NCBI GenBank assembly: GCA_950097015.1
Contig: CATNEN010000007.1
Span: 7,316,001 to 7,380,000, forward strand
DNA length: 64,000 nucleotides
DNA from: Macrostomum hystrix
Taxonomy: Eukaryota > Animalia > Platyhelminthes
Direction of reading: 5' to 3'
This document shows, piece by piece, positions 13,398 through 22,300 of the stretch; positions within the stretch are counted from its first letter, which is position 1; the number at the start of each line of letters is the position of its first letter. Under the pieces are notes generated by a model that was not told the origin of the DNA, did no database searches, and saw nothing but the letters and a program-made list of their open reading frames with translations. The position numbers were made by a program, and so were the translations under genes.

Positions 13398-13672
13398 CAA
13401 GGACCACTGTAGGAGTATAAGGACGGTAAACTACGTTTCTTAGAAAAATATTTGAAGGCTGGTTTTCGCGAAAAAAAATACACAACGGAGATAGGAAAAT
13501 TTCACTTTTTTTCAGATTTAAATGGTGACAGCTTTTGATTGGAAGCAGATACAAAGCTTTTCTTTTAATATAACTTGCCTATAACATGTTGCTCTACCGA
13601 ATGTTATAAAGTTTTCTACACTAAAAGTAAGAAACGTATAGTTTACCGTCCTTCTACTCCTCGTGGTCCTTG
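13398..13672. mobile_element. MITE-like element with about 45-bp terminal inverted repeats starting CAAGG
   Basis: Left end caaggaccactgtaggagtataaggacggtaaactacgtttctta; right end taagaaacgtatagtttaccgtccttctactcctcgtggtccttg. Non-coding, AT-rich interior. No TSD visible. Confidence 0.7.
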
Positions 13673-13929
13673 TCGTACATATGCCTATTACCAAGTTTTT
13701 TACGTCAGAATCTTTGTGTGGATATTTACAAATGAAGTAAAATATGTGCACTGACAAATCCAGACAGCATTTTTTAGCATAAATAAACAATATTGGAGAA
13801 GACAATATTCGTGGAGAATGAGTGGAGAATTTCCAGACGCCCCCGATTTGAACCTCTCAACCATTAGCCGCGCTCTTGACGGCCAGCTAAAGACGCTGTA
13901 GACAGGTGCCCCAGGACTAGAACAAGGAC

Positions 13930-14240
13930 ATGACAAAGGAGGCGCGAAGGATGCATGCTCAGTGGCTGCTAGATGACGGAAGTGTTCGCTTCGCTTATCT
14001 TATGTACCTGGATGAGTTCGGAGTTATCTTGTGGACTGCGCGGACACAAGGCAGAGCTCCGTGTGGCGATCGAGCCGTAATGGCCAGCGTGGACGAAATC
14101 TGAGCATTTGCCTGGCGATTTCCCAGGAGCTTCGTATTGTGCACGTTGCTCTGGTCGAAGGCGGATTTCGCAACGAGCACTTCGCCAGATTTTTGTCAGA
14201 GATCGATCAGTTGGTTCCTGTGACGTTCCTAGCTGTGACG
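13930..14240 (+). pseudogene. 5' part of a second Tc1/IS630-like transposase, interrupted by the LINE
   Basis: YLDEFGVILWTARTQGRAPCGDRA / (frameshift) GQRGRNLSICLAISQELRIVHVALVEGGFRNEHFARFL, homologous to the transposase at 11500-11750. Confidence 0.75.
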
Positions 14241-17111
14241 TCGAATGGTTATTCGACTAAATCCCGATTTACCGTTCATCAGAGAGCCGTCAGTGTAACA
14301 GTGGACTGCCGGGTCTTCCCAGCAGTCCTTTACCTCATTACGAGGGGAGATGCTGACTTTGTACCTGTGGCTCCGGAGTAAAGTGGCCGGGGCCCCGTCC
14401 GAAAGGATGGTGAGCCCTCCGCACTCGCCCAGAGTTTTCAGGCAGAGGTCAGAGTGAGGCAGAAGGGAGCGCTTCGAGAAGGCTCGCGAATTCTGGAAGT
14501 AGACACCCGCATCAAGAAGACGACGGGTGGACTTTGCTGCTTCCCCCTTGACGAAAATGTCAATGGGTGTAGCGTTGAGGAAAGCATTCATGCCTTCGAA
14601 GGGAGTGGAGGGTGGGGCGCCCAGCGTCATACGACAGGCTCTGCCCTGCACCCTATAAAGCGCCTCCAGGTTTTTCTGGATGCCCATGGCGCTGGCCCAG
14701 ATGAGGCCAGCGTAAGCGACGGACGGTCTAATGATCGCCGTGTAAATCCACCAAAGGTTCTTGGGGGTTAGCCCCCAGGTGGTGCCCACGGCACGCCTGA
14801 CTTGCGCCAGTATGGCCAGGGCCCTCTTGGCCTTTGTGGTGATGTGTGGGGTCCAGTTAAGCCTATGGTCTAGCACGAGACCAAGGCACCGGACCTGCTT
14901 TTCCATGGCAATATTCTTGCCATAGAGAGTCAGAGGCTTAGTGGTCCAGAGCAGTTTGCTGGTAAACATAACCGCGACGGTCTTGGACTCAGAGAGTCGG
15001 AGCCCGCATTGGTCCGCCCAGCGCACCGCCCTGTTGATAAAGCCCTGAATGAGGTCCCTGGTGGTTTCCGCCGAGGGGCCCGCGCAGATGGCGGTCACAT
15101 CGTCGGCATATCCCACCTTCAGGACTGGGTCTCGACGAGTGCTTTTCAGCAGCTCATCCATGACGAGATTCCACAGCAGTGGGGTGAGGACGCCGCCTTG
15201 GGGCCCTCCTTTTAGGACAGGTGCCGAGAGCACCCTGCCTTCGAGGTGGGCCACCACGTGGCGATTCCGGATCATGTACATGACCCAGCGAACGAGGTGG
15301 GGGTGAGTGGCCCTGGAAACCAGGGCCTTCTCAAAGGCTTCGAAAACAACGTTATCGAAGGCCCCCTCAATATCAAGGAAGACAGCCAGGGCAAAACCGC
15401 TGCCCAGTACTGCCTTCTCTAGAGTCTCCACGATGCAGTGGAGGGCGCTCTCCGTGGACCGGCCAGCCCGAAAGGCGTGCTGGTTTGGCGAGAGCGGGGC
15501 CCGCCCTAGCTCTACAGTAAGAAGGCGCCAGAGCACCAGTCTTTCCATGAGCTTGAGGCAGGTGGAAGTCAAACTTATCGGGCGATAAGACTTGACCGAG
15601 CGATAGTCGCCTTTGGCGGGCTTCGGGATGAAGACGACCCGGGCTTCGTGCCACAGCGCTGGTACGTAGCCCAGCACGATGCAGGCCCGTAGAAGTCTGC
15701 AGAGGAGATGGAGGAAGCGGCCATTTTTGACCGCTTCATGCAAAAAGGCCGGATAAATACCATCTGGCCCAGGTGCTTTGAAAGGGTTGAATGACTTTGC
15801 CGCGCGAACGATGCGGTCATTCGTGACGAGTGACTGAGCCAGGCCCTGACCTCCACGTGAGTGGTCGTCTGGGCCAAAGTGCGCCGGTACACTCGGGAAG
15901 AAATGCCCTAGCATAAGCTCGAGCGTTTCCTCCGGGCGCTCCGTGATCGAGCCGTCTGGCTTTTTGATCGATGAGAGCTTGGAGAAGCGGTCGTTGGTGA
16001 GCGCCTTTACCACGCGGGCCGTGGGCCGCGAGCCCTCAAGCCCTTCGCAGTATTGTCGCCATTTGTCCGCTTTTGCCCTTCTGACCCGGCCCTTAAACTC
16101 ATGGATGGCGCGAGTATAGGCCTCTTTGTCATCAGGGTCGTGCGAGGTTTTCAGCTTCCTCTGGAGAGCCTTAGCTCGGCGTCTCAGGACTCCGAGCTCG
16201 GGGTTCCACCAGGGGGCCGATTTTTTGCCTTTGTAGGCTTTGAGCGGGCAAGCCATTTCGTAGGCCTCTGTGATGGCGCCGCCCAGCAGGGCAGCCACTC
16301 CATCTAGGTCCTGCGTGGTTGCCATGGCCATGGAGGGGTCGGAATCCCGAAGGCCCTCATGCAGCTTTTGGCTGAACGCGGGCCAGTCGGTGTTTCTGAC
16401 ATTACGCCTCCAAATAGGCTTTTGCTTCTTATCGGGGGTACCGATGTTGAAGCGAATGAAACGATGGTCCGAGAGCGAGCTTTCGGTCTCCCATACCTCC
16501 CACCCCAGCACCCTTGGGAGGATGCCGGGTGAGGCCAGGGTGACGTCAAGCACCTCAGCCCACCGCCCATTGTCGAAAGTGGGCGTGTTGCCCACATTAC
16601 AGAAGTTGAGAGGCGTGCCGCTGACGTAGGCCAGGAGCTCTTCGCCGCGGTCATTGATTTTTGAGCTACCCCAGTGGGTGTGATGCGAGTTTGCATCTCC
16701 CGCGAGGAGCAGCTCGAAGTTACGTGCCCTGGCGAAATCACAGAGGGCGACGAGGGTATCGCTGACCACGGGGGCGTCGCCCGCCAGGTAGGCGGAGGCC
16801 ACGAGGGTCAACTTGTTAGGCACAATGTGTGCAGATTGGATGACGCAGATGTCCCCGTTAGAGAGATCGGGTCTCATCCACGCATTTAAGGCTTTTGTGG
16901 CATAGATCAGTGATCTAGGGCGGACAGAGTCTGCCATGCAGAAGCAGTCATAGCCAGCAGGAATGTTGCTTGGCTTGTTCTTTGATAACCAGGGCTCCTG
17001 CACAAGTACAAGGCCCGGCATCATGCGCTCTGTCGTGCGCATCAGATTTACTGATGCTGCCACGCAGTGCTGGGTGTTAACTTGCAGACATGATATTCCG
17101 GGGATCATCAT
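14229..17111 (-). CDS. LINE ORF2: APE endonuclease + reverse transcriptase + start of RNase H (truncated)
   Basis: LQVN, LVQEPW, GDANSHH..WGS...NDRG, LDVT, SDH (APE); KAPGPDG, YRPISL, LDIEGAFD, PQGGVL, YADD (RT); YTDGS, after which it runs into transposase DNA. Confidence 0.92.
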   Translation of the reverse strand: MMIPGISCLQVNTQHCVAASVNLMRTTERMMPGLVLVQEPWLSKNKPSNIPAGYDCFCMADSVRPRSLIYATKALNAWMRPDLSNGDICVIQSAHIVPNKLTLVASAYLAGDAPVVSDTLVALCDFARARNFELLLAGDANSHHTHWGSSKINDRGEELLAYVSGTPLNFCNVGNTPTFDNGRWAEVLDVTLASPGILPRVLGWEVWETESSLSDHRFIRFNIGTPDKKQKPIWRRNVRNTDWPAFSQKLHEGLRDSDPSMAMATTQDLDGVAALLGGAITEAYEMACPLKAYKGKKSAPWWNPELGVLRRRAKALQRKLKTSHDPDDKEAYTRAIHEFKGRVRRAKADKWRQYCEGLEGSRPTARVVKALTNDRFSKLSSIKKPDGSITERPEETLELMLGHFFPSVPAHFGPDDHSRGGQGLAQSLVTNDRIVRAAKSFNPFKAPGPDGIYPAFLHEAVKNGRFLHLLCRLLRACIVLGYVPALWHEARVVFIPKPAKGDYRSVKSYRPISLTSTCLKLMERLVLWRLLTVELGRAPLSPNQHAFRAGRSTESALHCIVETLEKAVLGSGFALAVFLDIEGAFDNVVFEAFEKALVSRATHPHLVRWVMYMIRNRHVVAHLEGRVLSAPVLKGGPQGGVLTPLLWNLVMDELLKSTRRDPVLKVGYADDVTAICAGPSAETTRDLIQGFINRAVRWADQCGLRLSESKTVAVMFTSKLLWTTKPLTLYGKNIAMEKQVRCLGLVLDHRLNWTPHITTKAKRALAILAQVRRAVGTTWGLTPKNLWWIYTAIIRPSVAYAGLIWASAMGIQKNLEALYRVQGRACRMTLGAPPSTPFEGMNAFLNATPIDIFVKGEAAKSTRRLLDAGVYFQNSRAFSKRSLLPHSDLCLKTLGECGGLTILSDGAPATLLRSHRYKVSISPRNEVKDCWEDPAVHCYTDGSLMNGKSGFSRITIRRHS

Positions 17112-17123
17112 GCAGGCAGAGGT

Positions 17124-18668
17124 CTACTTGGAGGGGGACTCAGCCAGAAGGCGGTCCTCCTCCTCCAGGTCGATGTCGGTAGCCATGGGCTCCTCCGTGC
17201 CCAGGCCCCGAGCCAGAGGCGGGAACTCGACGGGGTCAGCCGCCCAGTCCCCACCCCCGGCCCCGAGCCCAGGCCCAGAGTCGCCCTCAACCGGAGCCGA
17301 CACCGCTCCCTGGGCCGTGGGAGGGGCGCTCGAAGGGCCCTGCTCGATGGAGCTGGGCACCTTAGAGGCCTCCCCCGTAGCCCTTGGTTGCGGCGCCTGC
17401 CCCGGTGGGCCACCGCGCATCTCAGCGCGCAGCTGGGCCATCTTGGCGGTTCGCACCACCTCGGAGGCCCGCTGGAGAAGGCCCTTGCGCTTTGTGATGC
17501 GCGCGGGGCGACGCTCAGAGCTGCCAGCGATGGCACGCTCTGGCCTTTTTTGGCGAGGCGACTGGGCCCTGCCCCCAGTCCCAGCCTTGGGGTCCGAGGA
17601 CCCTTCATTGGCCGACACGGTGGTGGGCCCGGTCTGACCCCGGGTTTTGTCGGCATCGTAGGCGAAGATTTTGGTCTTCCACAGACCGATGCAGACGTTT
17701 GCGCCATCTGGGTAACGGCGTGTCCATTGCTCGGACAGGCCCAGAATGGCGGTGAAGCCGGTGCCGTCGGGGCGCAGGATCGTGCGGTGCACGATTAGGC
17801 CCGCTGTCGGAAGCTCCCGGTTCATCGCGATGAGGCCCATGCGGAGGTCCTCAGCGCTAGTAACGACGCTTTTCGCCGGGACGAAAATGCGATGTCTTTT
17901 TGTCTGCGGCGGCTCGTTCTCCCGTAGGAAAACGAGGTCGGCCGCCCAGATCTGCGTGGGCAGCAGCTCCAGGAGCCGCCGCCCTGACTCCGCATCTCCG
18001 GGCCAGACAACAAAAAACGAGTCCCTGGTAGCACTCGCACCGACCGCCAGGGGCTCGCCTTTCAGTTGTAGTTGCCACAGCATAGCGTCTATGCTGCGGC
18101 AGATGTCGCTGAGCCGCTCGCCGCTCAGCCGTTTGCCATCCTTGCCCGCGACCACGATGGCAGGTTGCCTGCGCGCGATGGTGGCGTAGGTGGCCCGTGG
18201 TCCCGGGCCCTTTCCTGCCGCGTCCCCACTCTCGGGATTTGCGTCGGCGGTGGGCACGGGGCCCTCCGCCTCCACTCCTCCTTCAAGCCGAGCCGCCGGC
18301 CGGATGGGCGCCGGGACCTCCTTGGCCCGCGACCCTGGCCTCGGGGCGTCGTGGGCCCCGCCCTGGGCAGGGGCCTGGGCAGGAGGCACGGGGCCCCCCA
18401 CCCTAGCCCCCGCCCTAGGCAGAGCCCCTTCGGCCCCTTTGGCCTGGGCCCGGTCCACGGTCGACGAAGCTGGCTTGCCTTGGGCCAGCAGGCGCCTACG
18501 GCGTTTCGCCGCTCCAGATGTCGTGGAGCGCTTTGTGCTCCGATCGCCGCGCGAGATGGGCATCGCGGCATTTGTGGCGGTCGCAGGGGCAGGCCCGGGC
18601 GCCGCAGCGTTTGTGACCTTGGGCACCGTGGTGCCCTCGGCCGTAGTAGAAGGTTGGCTGGAAGCCAT
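17124..18668 (-). CDS. LINE ORF1 (gag-like protein; basic, Pro/Ala-rich, disordered ends)
   Basis: 514-aa open frame ending 12 nt before the ORF2 ATG. KRRRR basic patch; TYATIAR followed by a globular core. No CCHC knuckle seen. Confidence 0.8.
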   Translation of the reverse strand: MASSQPSTTAEGTTVPKVTNAAAPGPAPATATNAAMPISRGDRSTKRSTTSGAAKRRRRLLAQGKPASSTVDRAQAKGAEGALPRAGARVGGPVPPAQAPAQGGAHDAPRPGSRAKEVPAPIRPAARLEGGVEAEGPVPTADANPESGDAAGKGPGPRATYATIARRQPAIVVAGKDGKRLSGERLSDICRSIDAMLWQLQLKGEPLAVGASATRDSFFVVWPGDAESGRRLLELLPTQIWAADLVFLRENEPPQTKRHRIFVPAKSVVTSAEDLRMGLIAMNRELPTAGLIVHRTILRPDGTGFTAILGLSEQWTRRYPDGANVCIGLWKTKIFAYDADKTRGQTGPTTVSANEGSSDPKAGTGGRAQSPRQKRPERAIAGSSERRPARITKRKGLLQRASEVVRTAKMAQLRAEMRGGPPGQAPQPRATGEASKVPSSIEQGPSSAPPTAQGAVSAPVEGDSGPGLGAGGGDWAADPVEFPPLARGLGTEEPMATDIDLEEEDRLLAESPSK

Positions 18669-18903
18669 TGCAGCTGCAAAGAGAAAATGGGGCTTCCTGT
18701 AGACACAGGCAGAAAAAACCCGCTCAGCCGCGATCCCAAAGCTGAGCGGGGGCAGCCAAAAAAAAAAGACAAGTTACAACCCGGGGTGGGATGCCAGGAC
18801 CACCGGGAGGAACCGTAAGAGACCAGACTACTCCCTGGCCAAGCGTCCATCAGCACGGTCAACACTGGGACATTGGAGGGCGCCATTGAGCCAGCGCCGA
18901 GGC

Positions 18904-19266
18904 CTGCGGACTGGCCGCATACCCTGTTGAGGTCAAAGGGTGACACCTATCCCTCAGAGCCGTAGCCAGAGGTACCTGATCACGCACAGGTGCACGAACG
19001 CTGCGGACTGGCCGCATACCCTGTTGAGGTCAAAGGGTGACACCTCTCCCTCAGAGCCGTAGCCAGAGGTACCTGATCACGCACAGGTGCACGAAACGCT
19101 GCGGACTGGCCGCATACCCTGTTAAGGTCAAAGGGTGGCACCCTTTCCTCAGAGCCGTAGCCAGAGGTACCTGATCACGCACAGGTGCACGAAGCTGCGG
19201 AAAGGCCGCATACCCTGTTAAGGTCAAAGGGTGACACCTTTTCCTCCAGCCGGGGCTAGAGGTACC
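18904..19266 (-). repeat. About 97-bp tandem repeat (about 3.7 copies) in the LINE 5'UTR
   Basis: On the + strand units begin ctgcgg at 18904, 19001, 19099 and 19195. Confidence 0.95.
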
Positions 19267-19534
19267 CAGTTTGGCCGGAGGCCCTGGATGGGTCATCCAG
19301 CGCTGTTGCCCATTCTGTCCGGCTGCCCTAGGGTCAGCCTTGAACACTCGCGGGACGTGTACCCATGGGTCAGCTGACGGGACAGCGTGGAGGAATTCCT
19401 GCACCCGAAGGGCACAGGTCTCCTTCCTGCCAAGCCTGCTCAAGAAACGACTGCAGGTGTGAGGCATCGCAGACCATAGCCCGTGGGCCTGGACTGACTC
19501 ATACCTCACAGGCACTGTGTCCCGCCGGTGCGAG

Positions 19535-19685
19535 CTGCCACGATGGAACAGCATCGCATGTCAGTGCTCAAGCGTGAGGTGGATGCCTCAATTAGCGTCA
19601 TCACCCAACAGAAATGCATTCAATGGGTGAATCATACTCAAACCTAAATTCAGAGGTTTCTGCAGCTAATTGAGATCTTTGATGG
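19535..19685 (+). pseudogene. 3' part of the interrupted Tc1/IS630-like transposase
   Basis: AATMEQHRMSVLKREVDASISVITQQKCIQWVNHTQT* aligns with SMAAYRRDILYNMVDRTIRCICANKCTEWFNHVFTY of the 11528 ORF. Confidence 0.7.
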
Positions 19686-21494
19686 AGCTCTGCATACCGT
19701 CAAAGTTAAGTTAAGAATGGCAAGCAACAGACGACTCTATTTTATTTCAACTTAAGTCATTTACTTTTATTCCCCAGTTTGATTGGCCCAAAGTCTGTAG
19801 TCTATGGTAAAAAACAGGCCGGGCCAGATGAATGAATCTTGCTTTCCTGTAAGCGGAGCCATTTATTTGGCCGGGCCCGATAAATGAATCTTGCTTTCCT
19901 ATTGGCGGAGCCATTTATTTGGATAAGTATCACCCACTTTTTTATTTATTTTGGCCCGGAACGGCTGAGGACTCGTTTATTGGCCGAGGCGAAGCCGAGG
20001 AATTTCCCATTTATTTCGGCTCCCTAGAGTGGAAGGCTCGAGGCGCAAATTTATTGACTGAGGCGAAGCCGATTACTAGGAATACTTCCCGTATTCTGAG
20101 CAATACGTGACGGTTTTTGTTACTGTGCTTACACATTTCGAAGAAGATATAGAAGCGAATAAAACTATTGACTATGAATGCAACCATCTAAAAAAAGACA
20201 TAAATTAAATTTAACAGTACACTGGCCAAAGCACACTGAATTATAATTTTTTAAATTCTATATTTTGCAGAAAAAGTATTTTAATTACAGGCAATTTTCA
20301 CATAATAATCTCAAAGGAATAGCTACAGATATTGTTAGTAGTTTTCTGATTTAGTATTTAAGCCTTGTTATAAGTGAGTTTATTTGACAACGCAAAAACT
20401 TTGTGTTTGTTTGAATCAGGTCCTAAAATTTCAGTTTAAAGTTTGTGCTGCGAGTTTCTTATCCAATTTGACAAGTGACAAAACAAAACAAAAAGCTATA
20501 TTACGAAGCGCAAAGCAGTGCCACTAATATACATAAGAATAACATAATTATAGTAATAATACTATTAAATAAAGTAAAATATAGACATTTTTCTGCTAGA
20601 ACGTGAGCATCAAATTCGCCATTTTATTTTTTTTCAAATATCAAAAAACTCAATTCCAAGATTTATTTCCATATTACGCTCGTAAATTATTAAATTATAA
20701 TTAGGCAAGACTAATTAAGACTATAATCGTAAGTACTTCAGTGTCAGTACGTGCGTAGTGTGCGTATAATACACTTTTATTATACAGGGTCGTGTATAAT
20801 TTAATTTATTTTTGGAAAGCTATTAATGCATTCTTTTCTTGTAATACGAAGCTTGCAAAATTTGCTTGCACTACTCGTGTGAAATATAATTTTTTGTAAA
20901 ACCCTTTAAACATTAATGCGTCACGTTTAGTGTATGAGCTTTGAGTTCATGTTTCTAGCTCAAGCTTTGCTTTAACCTTAGCTCTGAAGACAGTTAGATG
21001 TAGGCCTAGCTCATCTAAGACTAGATTCTTAAGATATTTTTAGCTAGTAGTTGTTCTTACTGTCTAAAATAGCAGAATTTGGCGGATCCTAGACACTTCG
21101 TCATTCAGCCAATTGGTATGCTTTAAAGTTTGGTCATCTTGTCATCTACTAATAACAAGCATTGTAGTCTGTAGACTCAATTAACAGATTCTTCTGCATG
21201 CATGTACAGGTATAGTTTATATGTAAAATGAGGCTGAAGTGAAATTTGTCCCCTCCTCCTTTCTCATTCTGGACTTGAGACCAGACAATAGCAGACTTAT
21301 GACCACAAAGATTGTTGTCCCATACATTAACATATCTACATATATACATGTAGCATTAAATAAGTAATATGTAAATAGGTAAATTTAAATTTAATCTATA
21401 ATTATAGACTGGCACAAAGGCACGAAGACACAAATGCTTTTAACATGACATTTACCTTAATTTGGCTTAATTCGGCTTGGCTTTAACTTAAGTC

Positions 21495-22300
21495 TTATTT
21501 GGCTTGCCCACCAAAACGGGGAATAATGCCTTGGCAACTGCAGCTGACCAGAAAGCTGTGCACAGAGAGCTCGCCAGCTTGATATTTTGCCCAGTTAAGC
21601 TCTGCTAACTCCTGAAGCTGCTGGTACTGCACTTTCTGATGGCACTCGTCAGCAGCTTGCTCACACACCAAGGTAGAGTATACTAGCATCAGCTGAGTCT
21701 CATTGTATAACAGTTCCATCAGTGGGTAGATTGTCAGCTGATTTTGCTCCGCCCTCTGCTGCAGGCAATGGTGTCAGCCTTTGACTTTGTTGTTAGTTCA
21801 GATCACTTGGCCAAATATGCTGATTTCTCTTACGCCATGCACTGGATTCACCAGCCAAGTGCTGTTAACATATTCAGCCAGGTCAAGCAGTTCTGGCGAC
21901 TGCACCCCTGCATCAGTCTGGGCCAGGCCTTCTGCCATGTGTTCAGCTGGCAGGTACAGCAGTGCCATGAGCATGCAGCAGAACTCCCGAGTGCCAGGAT
22001 CAGTCAAGTAGGCTTGTTGGAGGCCTTGCTGCTACACCCGACCAAAGATTGCTTGGCTATAGTGAAAGTGGCAGCCCTGTAATTTTGCATAGGGAAAAAG
22101 AGTGCATAGAGACTGCCATACAGCAGCTTTAAAATCCAGAATGCAAGTCTCTGGCATGGCTTGACCAGCAACCAGGGTTCTTAGCACATTAAAAACAGCA
22201 TTGTAGTCATGAATGGTCTTGCCTAACATTATAGCAAAGACAAGTGGCACATTTTCAGGTGCGTTCCTTGGCGCAGGTAGCAGTTGATAGAATACAGCTG
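21495..22300 (-). pseudogene. Mutator-like (MULE) transposase remnant
   Basis: VPLVFAIMLGKTIHDYNAVF...CILDFKAAVWQSLCTLFPYAKLQGCHFHYSQAI (MULE D and CxFH motifs), with downstream fragments MALLYLPAEH and LAEYVNSTW. Multiple stops and frameshifts. Confidence 0.85.

Larger units (their letters stand above)
14240..19530 (-). mobile_element. Non-LTR retrotransposon (I-group, LOA/Lian-like) with 5'UTR, ORF1 and ORF2, truncated at the 3' end within RNase H
   Basis: ORF1 18668-17124, ORF2 17111-14229, and an about 860-nt GC-rich structured 5'UTR. Flanked on both sides by pieces of one Tc1-like transposase. Same clade as the element at 3738-6830. The 5' boundary is approximate. Confidence 0.9.

Noticed and set aside
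18719-18750. Bacterial rho-independent terminator or horizontally acquired DNA
   Set aside because: The hairpin plus U run lies within a eukaryotic LINE 5'UTR, and there are no bacterial genes nearby.
18920-18942. TACCCTGT resembling the 5' end of miR-10
   Set aside because: Only an 8-nt match within a short transposon hairpin; no pre-miRNA-length stem.
14454-18946. Numerous antisense and overlapping ORFs across the LINE (and likewise the LTR elements)
   Set aside because: Expected shadows of GC-rich coding sequence; no recognisable motifs.
18975-19100. Hammerhead-like CTGATCA...CGAAAC in the LINE 5'UTR repeat
   Set aside because: The core is CUGAUCA rather than CUGANGA (breaks the C3-G8 pair), GAAA is present in only one copy, the flanking stems do not close, and it lies antisense to the element.
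19810-20110. About 52-bp duplication and gaggcgaagccga hairpins
   Set aside because: Probably part of an unclassified non-autonomous repeat, but I could not define ends, TSD or family.
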